Origin: Chlorokybus atmophyticus
Lineage: Eukaryota; Plantae; Mesostigma and Chlorokybus algae
Direction: 5' to 3'
Assembly: GCA_009103225.1 (NCBI GenBank)
Contig: RHPI01000560.1
Location: forward strand, 599,379-663,378
DNA length: 64,000 nucleotides
The position numbers and the translations under genes are program-made. How positions within the stretch are numbered: the first letter of the stretch is position 1; the number at the start of each line of letters is the position of its first letter. Under the pieces are notes generated by a model. The model was not told the origin of the DNA and made no database searches. It saw only the letters and a list, made by a program, of their open reading frames with translations. Positions 25,817 through 34,649 of the stretch are shown one piece after another.

Positions 25817-28570
25817 GCTCATTCGGGTCCATACGCTCTGATGAAGGCGCTCAAGGTTCCATGGTGCAAACCAACATCATTGTCTTCGTCCTTGAAGCAG
25901 GCAACTACCACATGATCGCTGCTGGCCCGAGATGCTAAGTACGTGGCACAATTCAGTTGCTCTGCGGAAGACAACAAAGTAGCCTCAGTTGCTACATCAG
26001 GTTAATGGACCTTGCATATCCTGAAATACAACAACTTACTGCTGCTGGTGTGGTGGTAAGTGGATGTCTCCACAGCAAGGGCATCCTGTCTGAAAGTCTG
26101 CACGACGCTGCTAAGATGGTCGTCGTTTACGAGGACCACCGTGTTCCAAAAAGGCAACGGCTTGTTGTGACCGACCAGGATATCCTTTAAATCTTTGAAG
26201 CACTCGTCGGTGTTGTCAAAATCCTTGACGCTGCTGCAATGCTTGACAAACTCAATATCCACAAACACAATGTAAGATGACGGCAGAGGTTCCTCCGACT
26301 TGAACAAGCCGTTCTGGAACTACTGAGCAGTGTCCATTCGAAGGACGACACGTCGCCTGACCACTGGCAGGCGCTTTCTCTTCCAACTCCACATCTTGCG
26401 TCTACATGCAACACAGCACAGTCAGTGGCATTAACGCACCGTCAATAGACTGGCAAAAATAACCTCGACGTTGCTTACTGCGGAATTTCCACAGCGCCTT
26501 TAACTCGGCGGCTGTGTAGACCAGCTTGGAGCCCGTGAGTTCCTTAAAATCATTCCGGATGGCGACGAGAAGATCTAAATCTTCAAGTTGTTCGACATCT
26601 GTGGGCTGGCCTTTCCCTTTCACCTTGCCCGCCTTTTTGGGCTTTTTCTGTACCTTGGGTCTCGCTGCTATTAGCTCTCTGATAAACAGGTCATGCGTCT
26701 GAGCTCTCGAGAAGAGCAAATCCAGCTTGGCAAAAAGCTCAGGGTACTTTGCGCAAAGACGATCCTGATTGCTGCAAGCATAACAATTGCGTTCAGACAA
26801 ATGGCAAGCAGCTAAAAGTGGTACAAGATCTTAGACCAGGTTGAACATACCCACGCTTGCCAAAATCTTCATTAAAAGCCTTGGCAGCGATAAACCCATA
26901 GGATCTGCCTCTTTTTCGCATGTCGTCGCAGACAGTGACCAACTCTTTTTTTCTCAACAGGACAGCCGGCCGGAGTCTAAATGATCGACAACGCTCATGA
27001 TTTGGGGGGGCTCGAGTTTGGCAAAGTTGTGCAGGAAATTCAGGAAATGCCCTGCGCTGTGTTCCGCTTTCCATCGGCCATAAACAAGTCTTTTTGCTGT
27101 GCAGCACATGGAAAAAGCGCTGGTATTCTGGCTGTGAGAGGCCGAGCTCCATCGCAATCCTGCAATAGCACTGTAATTAACGGAGATGTAGAAAGCTGTA
27201 TCAGATGTTGTGCACTGTATACAGATACAGTTTCAAAGTCGTACATGACATGGACGCGCTTAGTTTGGGGGACTTTAGCCACCTCGTCATCCGTTGGAGG
27301 CGTCAAGGACTCTCGCAAAATGACCATCCATGACCGTGCGCAGTCAAGCCACGCTTCAGCCCCCCTTGTCTTGCGGGTCTACCCAATGGACAACCTAAAC
27401 GGTTGACCATACTGTTTCCCGATGTCACGCATGGCGTGCATGACCCCCAATGGCGTGGACTTTTGTCGCAGCTCATCCTGCAAGCTGTGCAGCCTACTCA
27501 GGTTGAGGATTTAAAGTCTATTGATGTTTGTCGCGACCTATCACATGTAGAGTTGTTGGTCAATTACTGAAAGTATCATAAGTTGGCAACAATAAAGCAG
27601 CCTACCTCGAACCTTTATGGCGCCCATTTTGGATCGTTTGGATGGTCATGATGCCTGCACTGATATATGGTCAGCGAGTGGTTCCCGTACAGAATCTCGA
27701 ACTGCATTCTTTTGCTCGACGGGTCCTGCAGAAACTCGTCTGCTGGCACTCGACGCCATTCTGTGGGTCTAGTCTTTTCGAGCACCAATCCAATCCACCA
27801 TTTGTAATTTGGCAGGCCAGCATCGATCACGCCCTCCACAAGCTTTAGCCTGGCCTCAGTCACCAGTCTCACGGAATGGCGCGGGCGAGCAAGCATCATC
27901 CAAGCAACGGGAACATTAAACAAGGTGTTTCCTCCAGAGCTTTGAACCAAAGGGGGCAGCTTCAACCGATCCAGCAGGCCTGAAACATAAGATAAGCAAG
28001 CGACTATTGAATATCCTATAGCAACGCACTTAGTAATTATGCCTTGAGTTAATGCACACAGAGTAATGACAAGCAGGCCAAAGCCGAATACAATAGCTCA
28101 CTTTTGTTACTAGTCTTAATGATAGGTGAGTAGTTTGCAGGTTTGTCACTATCGGAGTTATCTGAATCTTCTGATGTGGACGTGGAAGGCTTGGTTGCCT
28201 TGCCCTTGATTGGTGACGCGCTGTTATCGGGCAGGTCTGCATAGCATAACAAAAGTATTGGATTTGTCAAGCCCTTGGCAATGATATGGTATGCCATAAG
28301 CTACCTCGCAGCCATTCGAAGAACTTTTCGTTCAAGTCGTCTGTTGGATCCACAAGATGCTTTAGAACCCTTCGGTTGACACTAGCTGCAAGATCCAGTA
28401 GATCGAGCTCGTTCTCCGCCTCAGCTTCTGATTTGAAATATGAACCCCTCACTTTGGACAAAATCAGAAGTTCGGCTTTTGGCACAATGACGTCATTGTC
28501 GTCGTTGATATTGCTGTAGGCCAACCCGCGACAGTAGATGGGCTTTCCATCTGAGTGTGGGGGTTTAGGC

Positions 28571-28743
28571 CCAGGTTTAGCCGTCCTTAGACTCCAGTCA
28601 GCTTAGTCTAGCTAAGTACTGGAGTTTAAGACCATGTTTGGTCGTCCTTGAACTCCAGTCAGCTTAGTCTAGCTAAGTGTTGGAGTTTGGGACCAGGTTT
28701 AACCGTCCTTAGACTCCAGTCAGCTTATTCTAGCTAAGTACTC
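28571..28743. repeat. 61-bp tandem repeat (~2.8 copies), each unit with an internal hairpin
   Basis: Units at 28571, 28632 and 28693; core ACTCCAGTCAGCTTAGTCTAGCTAAGTACTGGAGT (ACTCCAGT/ACTGGAGT and CTTAG/CTAAG arms). Confidence 0.9.
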
Positions 28744-29835
28744 ATGACTTTCGTACTTAATCAACTCTAGTCCTAACCATTTCGCTGAAAACCGTCAGTC
28801 TTAACAATTTAAACCTTTTAAGACTGTTTTTGGGTCTGATGCTGACTAGACCTGCCTTGTATACTATCTTGAGCTTGTATATCGAGTTCTTTGCAGTGTT
28901 GACCGTTATTGGGTATAAGGGGACGCCCACACACGTTTAATATGGTTCACTTTGTTGATGCTCAAGTCTGGTGGCGGCGGAAGCCTTGGTCTTCTGTGGC
29001 GTTGTCTGGACTGGTCCGATCTGCTTGCACAGACGGTTTGAGGGTGTTGTGTTGTGTGTCTACGCCTAGGAAGCTTGCATCTCAACACTGAGCACCACGC
29101 TCCAAGTAGGGCGTAGGTAGTTGTGTTGCCCTGTGCACGGTAAGTTAAGCCGGATCTTGGAACTCAAGTAACCCACGATCTTGGTTCTCATGTAATCCAC
29201 GCTTATAAACACAACGCTCACCTTACGCTTCGCATTAAGACGGTTATTTCCTTGACCCATGTACCGCAACTATTAAACATGTTGGCGCTCAGCTTGACCT
29301 ATTGATTTTAAAACTGCAACGCTTGGTACGAGTCTGACTTTAATTGAATGTTTTTTTTTAGCCCATGGCAACTCCCAGTTGCTATCTGTCAACACAAGCT
29401 TGTCACGTACTTGTAAATGTCACACACAGTTCAGTTCAGAGACATCTGCTGCACACCCTTGGTTATTCAGATGAGTAGATGACCAGCTTATCTGCATCAC
29501 TGCTGACACTAGAATCTTCTTGGTCTTTCTCTTTGTTGTCGCTGGGCTGATCGTCACTAGTGTCTACTTGCTTCTTGTCTTGCTTGTCATCATTGGAAGA
29601 AATCTCGACCGGCTTTTTCAACTTTTTGAAATTTTCAAATGTGTGTCTTCTGCTGAGGAGTCTTGTCTTGCTTCCTTTGTTGTGGCACTTTGTTTCGACT
29701 GCGTGCCTGCAGGCTTTCGTTGCAATCCCTGATCAGGACAATTGCCAGGGGTTGTCTGCAGCTCACAAAGTAGTAAGTTCATACGTGCGAAGCAATCGTA
29801 CTTTACTTGAGAACTCTAAGAGCAGGAAGCTAAGG

Positions 29836-30140
29836 GAGGTTTAAGATCTTAAATTTCCAAGAGCAGGCAGCTAAAGAAGGTCTAAGATCTTGAACCTTTC
29901 TTAACTTGGAGTGAAGGGAGGTCCAAGATCTTAAACCTCCAAGAACAGGCAGCTAGGGGAGGTTTACGATCTTGAACCTCTGAGAGCAGGCACTAAGGGA
30001 GGTCTAAGATCTTAAACCTCTCTTAACTATAAGTCAAGGAAGGGTTCAAGATCTTCAACCTCCAAGAACAGGCAGCTCAGAGAGCTCTAAGATCAGGCAA
30101 TGACTCCACAAGATCTTGAAACTCCAAGATCTTGTGGAGT
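29836..30140. repeat. Array of ~22-bp AGATCT-centred palindromes (~41-bp period, six complete and one partial) ending in a 16-bp-stem hairpin
   Basis: Consensus GAGGTTTAAGATCTTAAACCTC is a perfect palindrome; 18-19-nt spacers of two recurring types; ACTCCACAAGATCTTG-aaactc-CAAGATCTTGTGGAGT at 30103-30140. Confidence 0.9.
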
Positions 30141-30466
30141 GATCTCAGCAGCAGGACAAGGAGCAGCAGAAGGAGTGCTGGAATGGTGAGGGCAGATGTG
30201 AATGCTTCGATCTGCACAAAGTAGTGTCCTCATGTGCTTTCTCCCCCTCTGGAGTGTCCTTGTTTGCACTGCATAGCACCATACACCATTAGTATCAATT
30301 TTCTACAACGGCAATAGCAGCTAGTGGCAAGGTGTTGCTGGTGGCTGTGCCGACAGCAAGGTACAGCTACCAGCAATGTACCAGTGTTCCAGCAATCAAC
30401 TACAACAACAACTTCAACACAGCAATTTGGTAACAGCGCAGCAACTTCAATTCAGCAACCACTCAA

Positions 30467-30690
30467 TTGCTGCGCACACAAGTTGCTGTGCGCAGCAATC
30501 AACTACAATTAGTAACAATGGCAACTGGGACACAACACACAACAATTTAGCAGCCAGTTAATTGCTGCGCACACAAGTTGCTGTGCGCAGCAATCAACTA
30601 CAATTAGTAACAATAGCAACCTGGACACAACACATAGTAATCAGCAACCAGTTGATTGCTGCACACACAAGTTGCTGTGCGCAGCAATCA
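30467..30690. repeat. ~95-bp tandem repeat (three hairpin cores, third unit partial), each core with a 12-bp stem
   Basis: TTGCTGCGCACA-caagttgc-TGTGCGCAGCAA at 30467, 30562 and 30656 (third has one mismatch). Confidence 0.9.
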
Positions 30691-31054
30691 ACCACAAAGG
30701 AATACAGTGTTGCTGGTGCTGCTGCTGCTGCTATAGCAGTAACAACTAGCAGCGGCAGCAGCGACAGCACCAGCAGCAGCAGTCAGAAGCAAGCATTGCA
30801 ATAACAAACACTACTAAAAAACACAACACAAACCTGGTCGACTTGCGCTCTGACCCCCCCATGCTGCTGCATGCACGCCCACGCCCTGCACCGGCCCCTG
30901 CCGCCCACGCCCACGTCGCCCCAATCAACCCTGTCCCCACACACGGAGGCGCCGCTTCTCAAACTCCTACACCCCTTGAAGTCTCAACACCGCCTCCGCC
31001 CCTGCCAACGCCGCCAAGGCCCCCGCCAACGCTACTGCCGCCCCCGCCAACGCG

Positions 31055-31227
31055 GCCCTAAACATTAGGGTTTCTGACTATGGCTGCCGAGGCTATGGCT
31101 GCCGAGGCTATGGCTGCCGAGGCCAGAAACCCTAAGTGGCTGGGCGCTACCTCTCATACCGCGAAAGCAACTCTGTCGCAGTAGCTCTCATACCGTGAGA
31201 GCTACTGCGACAGAGTTGCTCTCGCGG
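31055..31227. other. Structured module: telo-box inverted repeat around a 3x15-bp tandem repeat, followed by a 32-bp-stem hairpin
   Basis: TTAGGGTTTCTG (31065-31076) and CAGAAACCCTAA (31124-31135) flank (CTATGGCTGCCGAGG)x3; perfect 25-bp stem 31166-31190/31196-31220, extending to 31159-31227 with one mismatch. Confidence 0.85.
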
Positions 31228-32697
31228 AATGCGAGGTATAAAATCTCGGGACACGAATTAATTACCCAATGTTAATTGATTATTATATATACATGATTGC
31301 CGATGAGCTGGTAACCATCAGTTTTCGGTCTCATTTGATGGTGCGATAACCTCGGCAGTACCCAGCCTTTGCGCAAAATAGTATGCAAGGTCGTATCATA
31401 GTGCTAAAGGTAACGACATCTTAATTTGTTGCCATGCTACTTTTTATTGTCATATTCTTGGTGTTAAACTATTTTTAATGAACTACAACCAACTACTATC
31501 TCCATATGATGCCATTAAAATATAGACTGTGCCATGGATTATTATTTAATAAAACTATAAAGTAGATATGTATATTGTCATTTAAAAAATGACTCATGTC
31601 ATTAATTACTACCACACGTGTAAATGTTACTACGACACGATGCGATACCATCGCTGCGTCATTTACAACTTGTTATGGAAACGTTTTACGCATGATAGAT
31701 GAATAAACATGAATGACGATTTGTTAGCTTGATGCATACTCGTACATCAAAGCTGCATTCCTCATTGAATTGTGTCATCGATACCGCGATATACTTGGAG
31801 TAGTGTAACATAAATAGGATGATATAAATGCCATTATCATGGCTTCCTCAAAGCGAGTTGTGCAATAAAAGCATTACGTAACACGCGTATCATCAATTAT
31901 ACGCATCAGTCATCACTCACGGCATGTTACAAGTACACATGCCAAGGATGACGTAACACCTCACGCATTGCAAATAGCGTACACTTCAGCAAATTTTAAT
32001 ATAATACGACAGATTCATGATATCATCTATGCAATAATTACATGTAACAATCATGGATTGAAAAAATGACACATTACAATGTTGTTGTAGAGAAACAACC
32101 AACATTACATGTAACAATTATGGATTGAACAATACCACGTTATTATTTGTGCACAAAACAAAAACAACAGCATGATGCGTGTGCTGGGCCCTATTGAAAC
32201 CACTTTGCGAAGAGCGGTGTAATCACCATTCCACCATCAAGTGGTTTTAATAAATTCAAACACACAACATGCTAATTTAGATAGTGCACACATAAGTATC
32301 TGTACCGGTTATGCTCTTATGCAGCGCAAGCACTGGGGCGAGAGCAAGCAATACAATAAAAACCAACGTCGTCGTCCGTTAGATATATAAACGGTCAAGT
32401 AGATATATTAATTAAGTCAATCAATGGAAAGCTATGCTTTTTAATTGCGACATTAATCGCGCGTCGTACCCTTACCCCAAACCCTTACCCCCCTACTCGG
32501 TGAGCTCAACTCTAGTGCCGCAGTGCAGCTGGTCGGCGGCGGCGGTCGTGTAGTTGTTGGCGGCGGCGGCGGTGTTGTTTTCAGCTGGGCGCTAGTGTGT
32601 TTCAGTAGATCCCATTGTGTGTAGTGTAGCTAAAGCTTGCAAGTTGTAATTTGCAAGTTGAATGATTTGGTGCGGTAGCTGGTAAGTGAGTGCTGGC

Positions 32698-33186
32698 TTA
32701 AGGCGGTGGTATGGACGGCGATGTGGGGGCCATAGGGGGTGGCGAGAGCGAGCCAGGTGAGTTGAAGACCCTTGCATCCTTCGGGGTGTGTAGTTTGAGT
32801 GTCTCGTTGCTCTTCGTGTTATCAAAGATCATCTTAGCGCATGAAGAACATGAGCATTTCCTTTCAACAAGGTGACGGTCATACAAGAACACGCATCGGC
32901 GCAAGCGTTTGAAGATGAACAACGGCATGCGCATGCGCATGCGCATGCGCGTGCAACGCATGCTGCGAGGAGGCCGTTTATCACAAGACCGTACCTCCAT
33001 AGGAGGACGAGGGGTGTCGTCGCACTCGGGGTCGGAATCATCAATTTGGCGACGGCGCTTACGTCGAGGTGGGGTGGAGGTAGGGCTTGCAGCTACCTTC
33101 TTCCCCTTATCGCCTCCCTTGTACGTGAAGGGTGGCAGGTGAGGCACCTTTTGATACGCGAGCTCGTCGGCGCGGTCGGGAACCAT
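32698..33186 (-). CDS. Possible exon(s) of an unknown gene or transposon ORF
   Basis: Protein-like 'ADELAYQKVPHLPPFTYKGGDKGKKVAASPTSTPPRRKRRRQIDDSDPECDDTPRPPME' followed by a GTACGG donor and an intron-like (GCAT/GCGC) tract; no recognisable domain. Confidence 0.25.
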   Translation of the reverse strand: MVPDRADELAYQKVPHLPPFTYKGGDKGKKVAASPTSTPPRRKRRRQIDDSDPECDDTPRPPMEVRSCDKRPPRSMRCTRMRMRMRMPLFIFKRLRRCVFLYDRHLVERKCSCSSCAKMIFDNTKSNETLKLHTPKDARVFNSPGSLSPPPMAPTSPSIPPP

Positions 33187-34069
33187 GCCGCCGGGGTAAA
33201 GCTTGTAAAGGCCGCATGCCTTCCGCTACGTATTCACATGCTTCACGCGTGAGACCGTGTTGGCTTCGCCGCGCACGCGATGTCCCAATGGGTAATGGCA
33301 TGGTATCGTGTCCAACAAGTTGTCAGGAAAGGTCACTTGGATATGCATATACGTCCACGAAAAAGAAGCGTGCACGAGGCATTGTGACCTATGCATACAC
33401 ACGCGCGTGTTATCATAGATGTGCACAATGTGCCGATGGCCACAAATGTATGAAATACTTCGTATCTATATCCTAAAACTTGAATGCAACACTTGGTGTG
33501 CATTGTGTATGAGCCATGACATGAGCCATGACAGCTACATGAGCCATGACAGCTACACCAATACTCAGAGCTTAGCTAGGCTCAAATAAGTAGAACGATT
33601 GCGTCAAAGTCACCGCACAGTCATTTCCCTGGCGGTCAGGACGCTGGCGCCTATCTTACATGGCAGAGGCGTAACTCACGAATTATTGTTAACTGTGACG
33701 CAAATACCGAGGTCACAGTCAGATACTTAGCCAATTCGGCCGTTACATTGTTTTCCAACCCGGTTAAGGGCACGTTGATCAGCGGTTTGCGGCCGCGTTG
33801 ACCCATCTTGTTGACTGACAGCGCGTCAGTCAGTCGGTCGCGGGCGGCGTGGCCTGCCACGCAGGCGGCGTGTTGATTGGCCGGCCGCCGGTCATATGGC
33901 CATAAAATTGCCGCCCTGGCAGTTTATTGGTTGGTTTGTGGTAAACAGTAATTGAAAAACTCACAACAGGATCCGATTTGGGCCAAAGTTGAGCGCGTTA
34001 CTTCAACCCGGCTGCTCCACGCGGGCCCATAAGGACCATGATATCCCTTTTGAGGTAAATCAAGAAAAA

Positions 34070-34649
34070 TTACTTACTTTCCTCACCCCTCACAACATAA
34101 GGGACAAGCCTGTTGACATGCACCGTTTTGTAAGTGCCGGTATCAAGATGCCTGATTTCCACTTGACTTCTTTCTTTGTTGCAACTGCACTTGATCTCGT
34201 AATCCGTGAGCCACTTTGCTTTAATTTGTGCGCGGGGGCACGCATAACTTCATACGTTGCTTTCTTCTCAACCAAGACGCACTGTGAGGGTTGATGGGAG
34301 TTTTGCGAGATAAGAATTCAGCAGATTGCTTTGCCCGAGCTTCAGCAACATTGTTCGCCGCATGTTTATGCAACTTTTGCAATGCCTGTCCATTTTTTAT
34401 GAACCATTCTCCATCCAAATCTTCCAAGTCCATGACATGAAAGTTGTTTCCCTCAATTGCATTGTCACTAAGGAGTCGTGGTTCACAATTGTATAGCATG
34501 CAAAAAGGGGAGAATGTTGTGATGCGTTGGCGCATCGCGCAATATCTCAACATTGCAAAAGGTAACGTATCATTCCACATGTCTGTATACGTCTGTGCGT
34601 ACTTAGCAATTGCAGACGTGATGGGTTGATTGAATCTTCCAACCAATCC
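34070..34649 (-). pseudogene. C-terminal half of a Gypsy/Ginger-type integrase (catalytic Glu helix and GPY/F-type tail)
   Basis: 'GLVGRFNQPITSAIAKY..WNDTLPFAMLRY..TTFSPFCMLYNCEPRL', then after frameshifts 'KWLTDYEI..TVHVNRLVPY..ESK*'. Confidence 0.8.

Larger units (their letters stand above)
10959..28524 (-). pseudogene. Disrupted multi-exon gene: ParB/Srx-like domain, degenerate beta-class N6/N4 DNA-methyltransferase-like domain, acidic linker and PHD-like Zn finger; interrupted by two LTR insertions
   Basis: ParB-like 'FEILYGNHSL' (27615-27965); MTase motif-IV-like 'YIVFVDIEF..DECFKDLKDIL..NTVVLVNDDHLSSVVQTFRQ' (26002-26307); motif-I-like 'FFLNLGVGATGCATYALKQGYSRFLVDPDPTCI' (12224-12510); Cys/His finger 'CSVSDC..KCGAAGCATQLHDLC..LCTDHH' (10959-11759). 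Removing 12511-20509 rejoins the frame: ...SYWT|AQMAKF.... Several stops and frameshifts. Confidence 0.55.

Noticed and set aside
29836-30140. CRISPR array (palindromic repeats with spacers)
   Set aside because: Spacers are only 18-19 nt and recur in two types, the repeats are degenerate, there are no cas genes and the context is eukaryotic
30467-30690. CRISPR-like repeat-spacer unit
   Set aside because: The inter-hairpin segments are homologous to each other, so this is a tandem repeat
31160-32520. Helitron ends (hairpin plus CTAG)
   Set aside because: The hairpin and CTAG are not in the required spacing and no Rep/helicase is present
33518-33557. Short tandem repeat of ATGAGCCATGACAGCTAC
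   Set aside because: A simple local duplication with no further structure
9545-33620. TIRs for a Ginger element (GTCAAA..ACCGC at ~9552 and ~33603)
   Set aside because: The similarity is too short and imperfect to call
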